This document shows positions 30,001 through 42,900 of a DNA stretch of 64,000 bases, piece after piece (position 1 is the first letter of the stretch; each line of letters begins with the position of its first letter). Position numbers and translations under genes: made by a program. Source of the stretch: the human T2T-CHM13v2.0 reference genome, Homo sapiens; NCBI RefSeq assembly GCF_009914755.1, contig NC_060945.1; one strand, written 5' to 3'. The notes under the pieces were generated by a model. The model saw only the letters and a program-made list of their open reading frames with translations, searched no databases and was not told where the DNA came from.

Positions 30001-30800
30001 TTCCATTGCATTCCATTCAATTCCATTCGATGCCACTCCATTCGATTCTATTCCAATCGACTCCATTCCATTCCATTCCGTTCCATCCGATTGCATTCCA
30101 TTCTATTCCTTTCCATTCCATTCCCTTCCATTCCATTCTTTTCCATTCCATTCTGTTTCATTTCATTCCATTCCATTCCATTCAATGCCATTCAAATTGA
30201 CTCCATTCCATTCCATTCCGTTCTATCTGATTCCATTCCATTTTATTCCTTTGCATTCCATTCCATTCCTTTCCAATCCATTCCAATCTTCTCCATTCCA
30301 CTCCAGTTCATTCCATTTGAGTCCATTCCATTACAGTCCATTCCATTCGAGTCCATTCCATTCGATTCCAATCGATTCGATTGCATTCCACTCGATTCCA
30401 CTCCATTCAATTCCATTGTATTCCGTTCTATTCCATTCCACTGCATTCCATTCTATTCCATTCCATTGCATTCCACTCCATTCCATTTGATTACATTCCA
30501 TTCGATTCCATTCCATTCAAATGAATTACATTGCAGTCCATTACATTTGACTCTGTTCTATTCCAGTCCATTCCGTTCCTGTCCATTCCATTCGATTCCA
30601 TTCCATTCGATTTCATTCCCTCCGATTCCATTCCATTCTTTACCATTCTATTCGAATAAATTCCATTCGAGACCATTGGTTTCGAGTCCGTTCTATTTGA
30701 GTCCATTCCATTCGAGTCCGTTACATTTGGGTCCATCCCATTCCATTCCATTTAATGCCATCCCATTTGATTCTATTCCATTCGAGTCCATTGCATTCTA
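1..30800 (+). repeat. HSat3 sub-domain A with recurring landmark unit (GAATCAATTACATTGC ... CATACTATTGC ... GAATAAATTCCATTCGAGACC ... ACATTTGGGTCC ... GATATCTTTCCATTACACTCC)
   Basis: An AATAAATT(C/G/A) landmark recurs at ~155, 1041, 2991, 4255, 5382, 6130, 7630, 9055, 10049, 10971, 12606, 14415, 15465, 17914, 18809, 19399, 20249, 21877, 23315, 24125, 25735, 26632, 27590 and 30655 in the same motif context. It is not seen in that context after ~30.8 kb. Confidence 0.85.
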
Positions 30801-30999
30801 GTCCATTAAATTCGAGTCCATTCCTTTACACTCCATTCCCTTCCATTCTATTCGACTCCATTCCATTCCTTTCCATTCCGTTCCATTCCGTTCCATTCCA
30901 TTCCATTCCGTTCCATTCCATTCCATTCGATTACATTCCATTCGCGTCCATTACATTCGATTCCATTCCATTTGATTCCATACCTTTTGATTCAATTCC

Positions 31000-33900
31000 A
31001 TTCGAGTCCATTCCATAAAATTCCATTCTTTCCTTTCCGTTCCTTTCCAGTCCATTCGATTCCAGTCTATTCTAATCCACTCCACTCCACTCCGTTGAAT
31101 TCCGTTACTTCCCATTCCATCTCTTTCCAATCTATTTCCCTCCACTCCACTACCCTCCATTAAATGCCATTCCACCCCATTCCATTCCACTCCATTTCAA
31201 TCCACTCTACTCCACTTCATTGCATTCCATTTGATTGCATTGAATGCCTTTCGATTTCATTCCACTCGATTCCATTCCATTCCATTCTCTTCCATTCGTT
31301 TCCATTCCATTTGATTCCATTCCATCCCAATCCATTCCATTCAATTCCACTCCATTCCATTCCATTCAATTCTATTCCATTCATTCCATTCATTTCCATT
31401 TCATTCCATTCCATGCCATTGCATTTCATTTCCACTCCCCTCTACTGCACTCCATTCCGTTCAATTCCATTCCTTCTCATTCCATTCCACTCCATTCCAC
31501 TCCATTCCGTTCCACTCACTTCCATTCCACCCCTTTCCATTCCCCTCCATTTCACTCCTCTCTTCTCCACTGCTTTCCATTCGATGCCTTTCGATTAAAT
31601 TCCATTCGATTCCATTCCATTCATTTGCACTCCAGTCCACTCCATTCCAATCCTTTCCGTTCCATTCTATTCGATTCCATTCCACTCCAATCCACTCTGA
31701 TCCACTTTATTCCATTCCATTCCATTGTATTCAACTCCATTCCATTCAATTCCGTTCTATTCCTTTCCACTCCACTCCACTACACTCCATTGAAATCCAT
31801 TCCTCCCCATTCCTTTCCACTCCATTCCATTCCACTGCACTCCATTTCAATGCATACCATTCGATTACAGTCGTTTCCATTCGATTCCATTCTAATCGAT
31901 TCCAAACCTTTTGATTCCACTCCATTCGATTAGATTCCATTCCATTCGATTTCATTCCTTTCGATTTGATTTTATTCCATTCGGGTCCATTCCTTTCGAT
32001 TATATTTCACTCGATTGCATTCCATTCGAGTCCATTCCTTTCGAGTCCATTAAATTAAATTCCATTCTTTCCATTCCATTCCAGTCCAGTCCATTCCAGT
32101 CCATTCCAGTCCACTCCTCTCCACTCCACTCCATTCAATTCCATTACTTCTCATTCCATTCCATTCCACTCCATTCTTCTCCACTCCACTACATTCCATT
32201 CAATTTATTTCCACCCAATTCCATTACACTCCATGACAATCCATTCCACTCCAGTTCATCACATTCCATTTGATTCCATTCATTGCCATTCAATTCCATT
32301 CCTTTCGATTGCCTTCCACTTTATTCCTCTCCATTTGATTCCATTCCATTCTATTCCATTCCCGTCGATTCATTTCCATTCGATTCCATTACATTCGAGG
32401 ACATTCCATTCAATTCGTTTCAATTCCAGTCCATTCCATTGCAGTCCATTCCTTTTGAGTCCATTCCATTCGGGACTATTCCACTCCAGTCAATTCCATT
32501 CGAGCCCATTCTATTCCAATCCATTTCACTCCAGTCCATTCCATTTGAGTCCATTCCATTCGAGTCCATTCCATTCCAGTCCAATCTATTCCAGTCTATT
32601 CCGTTTGAGTCTATTCTGTCGGAGTCCATTATATTCTTTTCCATTCTCTTCCCTTTCCTTTCCTTCCTTTCCATTCCTCTCCACTTCACTCCTTTCCATT
32701 CCTTTCCACTTCACTCCATTCCATTCCACTCCACTCCATTCTATTCCACTGCATTCCACTCCATTCCACTTTTCCATTCCATTCCATTCCATTCCATTCC
32801 ATTCCATTCCATTCCATTCTATTGCATTCCATTCCACTCTGCTCTGCTCCACTCCACTCCATTCAATTCCATTCTTTCTCATTCCATTCCACTCTATTCT
32901 TCTCCAATCCACTCCATTCCATTCAATTCCATTCCACTCTATTCCATTCCACTGCATTCCACTTCTCTCTACTCCACTTCACAGCATTCCAGTCGATGCC
33001 ATTCAATTCCTTTCCATTCAATTCCATTCCAATTCATTCTATTTCATTTGATTCCATTCCATTCCATTCAATCCCGTTCCATTCCATTCCATTCCATTCC
33101 GTTCCATTCCATTCCATTCCATTCCGTTCCATTCCATTCCTTTCCATTCCATTCCATTCCATTCAATTCGAGTCCGTTCCATTCCATTCCATTCCATTGG
33201 ATTCCTTTCCAAACTATTCCATTCCATTCAAGTACATTCCCTTTGAGTCCATTCCATTCCATTCCATTCCATTCCATTCCATTCCATTCCCCTCCATTCC
33301 ACTCAACTGCACTCCACTACATTCCATTCCTTTCTATTCCATTACATTCCATTGCCCTCCTGTCGACTCCATTCCATTCCATTCCTCTCCATTCCATTCC
33401 ACTCCATTCGGTACTTTCCTTTACACTCCACTCCTCTCCACTCCACTCCATTCCACTTCACTCTATTCCATTCCATTCCATTCCATTGCATTACAATCCA
33501 CTCCACTCCACTCCACTCAATTCCATTCCTTCCCATTCCATTCCATTCCACTCCATCGCACTTCATACAATTGAGTTCCACATCATTCAATTCCACTCCA
33601 TTTCACTCCACTCCACTTAACCGCATTCTGTTAGATTCAATACGATGCCATTCTATTCCTTTACATTCCATTTCATTCCAGTCGATTCCATTCTATTCAA
33701 TTCCATTCCATTCGATTCAATTCCTTTTGATTCCATTCCAGTGTATTCCATTCAATTTGATTCCCTTCCACTCGATTCCACACCATTTGGGTGCTTTTCA
33801 TTCGAGTCCATTCCATTCCTCTCCATTCCCTCCCAGTCCATTCCAGTCCAGTCCATTTTACTCGAGTCCATTGCATTCCATTCCTTCATATTCCATTCCA

Positions 33901-36900
33901 CTATACTCCATTCCATTCCATTGCATTGCACTCCACTCCACTCCGTTCAAATCCATTCCAATGCATTCCATTCCATTCCATTGCATTCCATTCAAATCTA
34001 TTCCAATCCATTCCATTCCATTCCACTCCATTCCATACCATTCCACTCCACTCGACTCCACTCCATTCCTTTCCATTCCATTCAACTCAACTCCAAACAA
34101 ATCCACTCCCCTCGATTCCTCTACATTCCACTCTATTCCACTCAAATCCACTCCACTGCACTCCACTCCACTCCACTTCACTCCACTCCACTCCATTCCA
34201 TTCCATTGCTTTCCACTCCACTCTGTTCAATTCCATTCCTTTAAATTCCATTTTATCACATTCCGTTAGATTCCACTGCACTCCACTCCATTGAATTCCA
34301 GTCCACCCTATTCCATTCCACACCATTCCACTCCACTCCACTCTACTTCACGGCATCCCATTCAATTCCATTTGATGTCATTCGATTCCATTCAGTTCCA
34401 TTCCATTTGATTCCATTCCATTCAATTTCATTCCTTTGAATTCCATTCCGTTAGATTCCATTGCATTCGAGGCCATTCCATTCCAGTCTACTGCATTCAG
34501 GTCCATTCAGTTTGGGTCCATTACATTCGAGTCCATTCCACTCGCGTCCATTCCATTTCATTCCATTCCACTCCACTCCACTCCATTCCACTCCACTCCA
34601 TTACACTACATTCTGCTCCAGTCCATTCCATTCCATTCTATTCCATCCCACTGCAATCCACTCCACTGCACTCCACTCCATTCTATTCTATTCCACTCCA
34701 CTCCATTTCATTCCACTCCACTCCATTCCACTCCACTACATTCCAATCCAATTCATTCCATTCCATTCTATTCAATTCCATTCCTTTCCATTGTGTTCCA
34801 TCGCACTGCAATCCACTCCACTCCTCTCCACTCCACCCCATTCCATTCTATTCCACTCCATTCCATTTCATTCCAATCCACTCCATTCTACTCCACTACA
34901 TTCCATTCCAATTCATTCCATTCCATTCTATTACATTCCATTCCACTCCACTCCTCTCCATTCAATTCCATTTCCATTCATTCCATTTCATTCCACTGTA
35001 ATACATTCCATTCCATTCCATTGCATTCCAGTCCAGTCCACTCCCCTCCGTTCAATTCCATTCCTTCCCATTCAATTCCTTTCCAATCCATTTCACCTGA
35101 CTCCACTCCACTCCATTCAATTAAATTCCACCCCATTCCATTCCACTTCATTCCACTCCTCTCCACTTCACCACATTGTTTTCAAATCCATTAGATGCTT
35201 TTCGAATCCATTCAATTCGAATCCATTCCATTCGATTCCATTCCATTCAATCCCATTCTATTTGATTCCGTTCCATTCGATTCCATTGCATTTGATTCCT
35301 TGGCATTTGATTCCATTCCATTCCATTCCGTTCCATTGCATTCCATTCCGTTATATTTGACTCAATTCCATTTGAGTCCATTCCTTTTGAGTCCAATCCA
35401 TTCCAGCCATTCCACTGGAATCCAATCCATTCCAGTCCATTCCATTTGATTCAATTCCATTCCAATCCATTTCATTCCACTCCACTCCACTCGTCTCCCC
35501 TCCACTCAACTCCATTCCAATCAAATCCAATGCATTGCACTCAAATACATTGCATTCCATTCCATTCAATTCCTTTCCTTCCCATTCCTTTCCATTCCAA
35601 TCAATTTCCCTCCACTCCACTCCATTCTATTCCATTCCAGCCCATTCCATTCCACTCCATTCCACTCCACTCCACTTCACAGCATTCCATTCGATTCCAT
35701 TCCATTCCAGTCCATTCCGTTCAATTTCATTAAATTCGATTCCATTCCATTCGAATCCATTCCTTTCGAATCCTTTCCTTTCGATTTCATTCCCTTCTGT
35801 TCCATTCCATTCCATTCCATTTCATTCGATTCCAGTCCATTCCATTCCTTTCCATTCCATTCCATTCCACTGCATTCCACTAACTCCACTCCACTCTGCT
35901 TTACTCCATTCCTTCCCATTCCATTCCACTCCGTTCTAATCCAATCCACTCCACTCCATTCTATTCCAATCCACTCCACTCCATTCTATTCCAATCCACT
36001 CCATTCCACTCCTCTCCACTCCGATTCACCGCAATCCATTCCATGCCATTTGATTACATTCAATTCAATTCCGTTCTAATCCATTCAATTACATTCCCTT
36101 CCATTCCATTCCATTCCATTCCATTCCATTCCATTCCATTCCATTCTATCCCATTCCATTCCATTCTATTCCATTCCAATTCAGTTGATTGCATTCCATT
36201 CCTTTTGATTCCTTGCCATTCCATTCCATTCGATACTATTCCATTCTATTCCATTCCATTCCATTTTATTCCGTTCCACTTCATTCCTTTGCATTCAATT
36301 CCTTTCCATTCCATTCCATTCCATTCCATTCCATTGCATTCCATTCCATTCCATTCCATTCATTGATTCCATTCCTTTGGATTCCCTTCCATTGAATTCC
36401 ATTCCATTCGAGTCCAGTCCATTCCATTCCAATACATTTCGTTCCATTCCATTCCATTCCATTCCATTCCATTCCATTCCGTTCCATAACCCTTCACTCC
36501 AATTCACTCCCCTTAACGCCACTCCATTCCATTCGATTCCATTCCATTCTATTCCATTCAATTCCACTCAATTCCATTCCATTCCACTCCACTCCATTCC
36601 ACTCCGTTTCAATCTATTCCACTCCATTCCATTCTATTCCATTCCTCTCCACTCAACTCCACTCCACTCCATTCCTTTTCACTCCATTCCATTCTATTCC
36701 ATTTCTTTCCAATCCACTCCACTCCATTCAATTCCATTCCTTCCCGTTACATTCAATTCCACTCCATTCCTCTCCACTCCTCTCCACTCCATTCAATTGC
36801 ATTCCAATTCTTTCCATTGCACACCACTCCACTGAACTTCACCACATTCCATTCGAATCCTTTCGATGCCATTTGATTCCATTCCATTTTATTTCATTCG

Positions 36901-39900
36901 ATACCATTTGATTCCATTCCTTTCGGTTCCATTCCATTTGATTGTGTTCCATTTGATTCCTTGCATTCAATTCCATTCTATGTCATTTGATTCCTTTCCA
37001 TTCGAATCCACTCCATTCCATTTGATTCCGTTGTACTCCATTCTACTCCATTCGAGTCCATTCCACTCCATTCCATTCCTTTCCATTCCATTTGATTCCA
37101 TTCCTTTCGAGTCCATTGCATTCAATTCCATTCGATTCCGTTCGATACTATTCCATTCCATTCCATTCCTTTCAATTCCATTCGTGTCATTTCCATTCCA
37201 TTCCATTCCATTCCATTCCATTCTATTCCATTCCATTCCATTGCACTGCATTCCACTCCACTCCACTCCACTCTTTTCAATTCCATTCCTTCCCATTCCA
37301 TTCCACTCTGTTCCAATCCAATCCACTCCACTCCATTCTATTCCATTCCACTCCATTCCATTCCACTCAATTCCACTCCTCTCCACTCCAGTTCACCGCA
37401 TTCCATTTGATGCCACTCAGTTCCATTCCATTCGATTCCATTCCATTCCATTCATTTCCATTCCATTCCGTTCCATTCCTTTCCATTCCTTTCGATTCTA
37501 TTGCATTCGATTGCATTCCATTTCATTTGATTCCATTCCATTAGATTCCATTCCATTCATTTCCCTTCCATTCCATTCAGTTCCATCCCATTCCGTTCCA
37601 TTCCAATCCATTCCCTTCCATTCCATTGCATTTGATTCCATTCCATTTCATTTGATTCCATTCCATTCCTTTTGATTCCATTGCACTCAATTCCATTCCA
37701 TTTCACTCTATTCGAGACCATTCCATTCCATTCCTTTCCACTCTATTTGTTTCCATTCCATTCAATTCCATTCCATTCGTTTCGTTTCCATTCGTTTCCA
37801 ATCAATTCCATTCAATTCTATTGCATTCTATTCCATTCCATTCGAGTCCATTCCCTTCCATTCCATTCCCTTCTATTCCTTCCATTCCATTCCACTGCAT
37901 TCCACTACACTCCTATTCACTCTGCTCAATTCCATTCCTTCCCATTCCATTCCACTCCTTTCCAATGCAATACACTCCAGCCCATTCTATTCCATTCCAC
38001 TCCATTCCATTCCACTCCATTCCAGTCCTCTCCACTCCACTTAACCGCAATCCATTCAATGCTGTTTGATTCCATTCCATTCTTTTCCATTCCACTCCAT
38101 TGCATTCCATTCCATTTCGTTCCATTCCATTCTACTCCATTCCTTTCTATTCTATTCCATTCCTTTTAATTCCATTGCCTTCAAATCTTTTCGAGTTAAT
38201 TCCTTTCCATTCCATTCTATTCCATTCCATTCCATTCCATTCGTTTCCATTCCTTTCAATACCATTCCTTTGGATTCCATTCCATTCTATTCCATTCCAT
38301 TCGAGTCCAGTCCATTCCAATCCATTCCATTAAAATCCATTCCATTCCATTACAATCCATTCCATTCCATTCCACTCCATTCCATTCCATTTCCCTTCAC
38401 TCCACTCCATTTTGTGCCACTTCATTCTATTCGATTTCATTCCATTCCATTCCAATAAATTCTGCTCTACTCCATTCCATTCTATTCCAGTCCATTCAAC
38501 TCCATTCCATTCCATTCCATTCTATTCCATTCCACTCCACTCCATTCCATTCCATTCCACTGCTTTCCCATCCACTCCACTACTTTCCGTTCAATTCCAT
38601 TCCTTCCCATTCCATTCCATTCCACTCCATTCCTCTCCACTCCTCTGCACTCCGTTAAATTCCATTCATTATCATTCCACTCTACTCCATTCCACTCCAA
38701 TCCACTCCACTCCATTCAATTCCATTCCACACCATTCCATTCCCGTCCATTCCACTCCTCTCTACTCCACTTCACCACATTTTATTCGATGCCATTCGTT
38801 TCCATTCCATTCCATTCCATTCCATTCCATTCCATTCCATTCCATTCCATTCTGTTCCATTCCACTCGGTTTTAATCAATTCCATTCTATTCCATTCCAT
38901 TGCTTTTCAATTCCTCTCCACTCCACTCAACTCCATTCAATTATATTTCTTCTCTTTCCATTCCACTCCATTCAAAACCAGTGCACTCCACTGCATTCAA
39001 TTCCATTCCACCCCTCTGTTCTCCACTTCACCACATTCCAGTTGATTCCATTCAATTCCTTTCCATTGGATTCCATTCCATTGGATTGCATTCCTATTTC
39101 TTTCTATTCTATTGCATTCCATTCAATTCCATTCCATTTGTGTCCATTCCATTCCATTCCCTTCCATTCCATTCCATTCCATTCCATTCCCTTCCATTCC
39201 AGTCCATTTCATTCTTTTCCATTCCATTCCTTTCCATTCCATTCCATTCCATTCAGTTCCATTTCTTTCCTTTCCATTGCCTTGCATTCCATTCCATTAG
39301 ATTCCATTACATTCGATTCTCTTCTATTTGATTCCTTTCATTTGATTCCATTCCTTTCGTCTGCATTTCATTCGATTCCTTTACATTCGATTCCATTCCC
39401 TTCTATTGCATTCCATTCGATTGCATTCTATTTGATACCATTCCATTCCGTTCCATTCCATTCCATTCCATTCCATTCCATTCCATTCCATTCCATTCAT
39501 TTCCATTTCATTCGATTCCATTCATTTTGAGTCCGTTCCATTGCAATCCATTCCATTCAAGTCCATTCGATTCCACTCCATTCCATTCCCGTCCCTTCCA
39601 TTCGATTGCTTTTCATTCGATTCCATTCCACTCGATTCCATTCCCTTTGCATCCATTCCTTTCGAGTACATTCGATTAGTGTACATTCCATTCAAGTCCA
39701 TTCCATTCGAGTCCATTCCATTCCAGACCATTTCATTCGATTCCATCCCATTTGCTTCCAATCCATTCGATCCCCTTCCTTTTGATTCCACACTGTTAGA
39801 GCCCATTCCATTTGAGTCCAATCCATTTGATTCCATTACATTACATTACATTGCATTACATTACATTCGATTCCATTCCATTTGATTCCGTTTCATTGGA

Positions 39901-42900
39901 TTCCATTACATTGGAGTCCATTCCTTTCCATTTGATTCCATTCCAATCCATTCCATTCCATTCCATTCCATTCCATTCCATTCCATTCAATTCCATTCCA
40001 TTCTAATCCCTTCCATTCCATTCCATTCCTTTCGAGTCCATTCCATTCCAGTCCATTCCTTTCGAGTATATTCCATTCCACTCCATTCCATTCCATTCCA
40101 TTGGAGTCCATGCGGCTTGAGTCAATTCCACCCGAGTCCATTTCATTCGAGTCCATTCCTCTCGAGTACATTCCATTTCACTCCATTCCATTCCATTCCA
40201 TTCCATTCCATTCCATTCCATTGGAGTGCATTCCATTCCTATCCAATCCATTCGAGAACATTCCATTCCATTCCATTCCTTTCCATTTGATTCCATTCCA
40301 TTACAGTCTGTTCCATTCAAGTCCATTCCATTCCGTTCCATTCCATTTCATTCCATTCCATTTCATTGGAATCCATGTGTCTTGAGTCCATTCCACCCAA
40401 GTCCATTCCATTCGAGTCCACTCCACTCGAGTCCATTCCATTCTAGTCCATTTGACTCGAGTCCATTCAACTCGAGTCCATTCCATTCAAGTCCATTCCT
40501 CTCCAGTCCATTCCATTTCACTCCATTCAATTCCATTACATTTCATTCGATTCCATTCCATTTGATTCCGTTTCATTTGAGTCCATTCCATTCCTGTCCA
40601 ACCCATTTGAGCCCATTCCATTCCATTCCACTCCTTTCCATTTGATTCCATTCTATTTGAGTCCATTCGCTTCGAGTCCATTCCATTCTAGTTCATTCCA
40701 CTAGAGTCCATTCCATTCAATTCCAGTCAATTCGAGTCTGTTCCACTCGATTCCATTCCATTCGAGTCCATTCCGTTCCATTTGATTTGATTCCATTCCA
40801 TTCGGGTCCATTCCATTCGTGTCCATTCCACTGAAGTCAATTCCATTCTAGTCCAGTCAACTCGAGTCCATTCAACTCAAGTTCATTCCATTCGAGTCTA
40901 TTCCACTCGAGTCCATCCATTCCACTCCATTCCATTCCAGTCCATTCCATTCCCCTGCTCTGAACTCCATTACCTTCCACTACACTCCATTCCACTCCAT
41001 TGCATTCCATTCCACTCCACTCCAATCCACTCCACTATGTTCAATTCCATTCCTTCACATTCCATTCCATTGCACTGCTTTACACTCAACTCAACTCCAC
41101 TCTATTCACTTCCATTTCACCCCTTTCCATTCCCCTCCATTCCACACCACTGCCCTCCATTTCACTGCATTCCATTCGGTTCCAATCGATGCCATTCTAT
41201 TCCATTCCTTTCGGTTCCATTCCAATCGATTCCATTCTATTAGAATCCATTCCATTTGATTTCATTCCATTCGAGACCATTCCATTCCATTCGATCCAAT
41301 TCCATTCGATTCCATTCCATTCTATTCAATTCCTTTCGAATCCATTCCATTTTACTCCTTTCCGTTGTAGTCCATTGCATTCCATTCCACTTGATTTCAT
41401 TCCATTCCATTCGTTTCCACCCCATTCCATTCCATTCCAATCTATTCCATTCGATTCCATTCAATTCCATTCCGTTCCGTTCCATTCCATCCCATTCAAT
41501 TGCATTCCAATGCATTCCATTCCATTCCTTTCCATTCCATTCCATTCCATTCGATATCTTTCCACTGCTTTCCATTCCATTCCATTCGAGTCCATTCCAT
41601 TCAAGTCTATTGCGCTCGAGTCCATTCCATTCCATTCCATTCCATTCCATTCCACTCCACTCCACTACATTCCATTACCCCATACCCATTGTATTCCACT
41701 GCATTCCAGTCCATTCCACTCCATTCCATTCCATTCCATTGCATTCCATTCAAATCCACTCCCATCCAATCCACACCGTTCAATTCCATTCCTTCCCCTT
41801 CTATTCCATTCCACTCCAAACCACTCCACTCCATTCCACTCCACCCCACTACATTCCAATCCACTCCACTCCACTACATTCCATTCCACTCCACTCCACT
41901 CTACTCCACTCCTCTCTGTTCCACTCAAATCCGTTCTATTCCTTTCCTTCCCATTCCATTCCACTCCATTCCACTGCACTCCACTCCATTCCATTGGATC
42001 CCATTCCATTTGATTCCATTCCATTCAATTCAATTCCTTCTGTTTCCATTCCATTTGAGTCCTTTCCATTGTAGTCCATTGTATTCCATTCCATTCCATT
42101 TTACTCCATTCCATTCCATTCAATTCCACTCCATTCGATCCCACTCCATTCGATCCCACTCCTTTCGATCCCATTCCATTTGATTCAATTCCATTTTATT
42201 CCATTCAATTTGAATGTTTTCCATTCGAGGCCATTACATTGGAGTCCAATCCATTCCATTGCATTTCATTTCATTCCATTGCATTCGATTCCATTCCATT
42301 CCATTGCGTTATTTTCCATTCCATTCCATTCCATTCTGTTCTTTTCCATTCCATTCGTATCCATTCCATTTCAGTCCATTCCATTCGATTCCATTCCATT
42401 CCAGTCCATTCCTTTTTATTCCTTTCCTTTCGATTCCATTCCATTCAATTGCTTTCAATTCGATTCTCTTCCAATTGATTCCATACCTTTGGAGTCAATA
42501 TTTTTCGAGTCCGCTGCATTCAAATCCATTCCATACGAGTCCATTTCGTTCCAGTCAATTACATTTGAGTCCATTCCATTCCAGTCCATACCATTTGATT
42601 CCATTCCCTTCCATTCAATTCAATATCTTTCCATTCCATTCCATTCAAATTCATTCCATTAGATTCTATTCCATTAGATGCGAGTCCATTCCATTTGAGT
42701 GTATTCCACTCGAGTACATTCCATTCCATTCCATTCCATTCCACTCCATTCCATTCCATTCGAATTCATTCCATTCCATTCCTCTGCATTTGATTCCAAT
42801 ACACTCCATTCCATTCCATCCCATTCCATTGCATTCCATTCGAATCCACTCCACTCCACTCCACTTGGTTCAATTCTATTCTTTCCTATTCCATAACTTT

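Noticed and set aside
150-30665. Recurrent AATAAA as functional poly(A) signals
   Set aside because: It is part of the satellite landmark, has no clear GU-rich downstream element, and there is no transcript evidence in the sequence.
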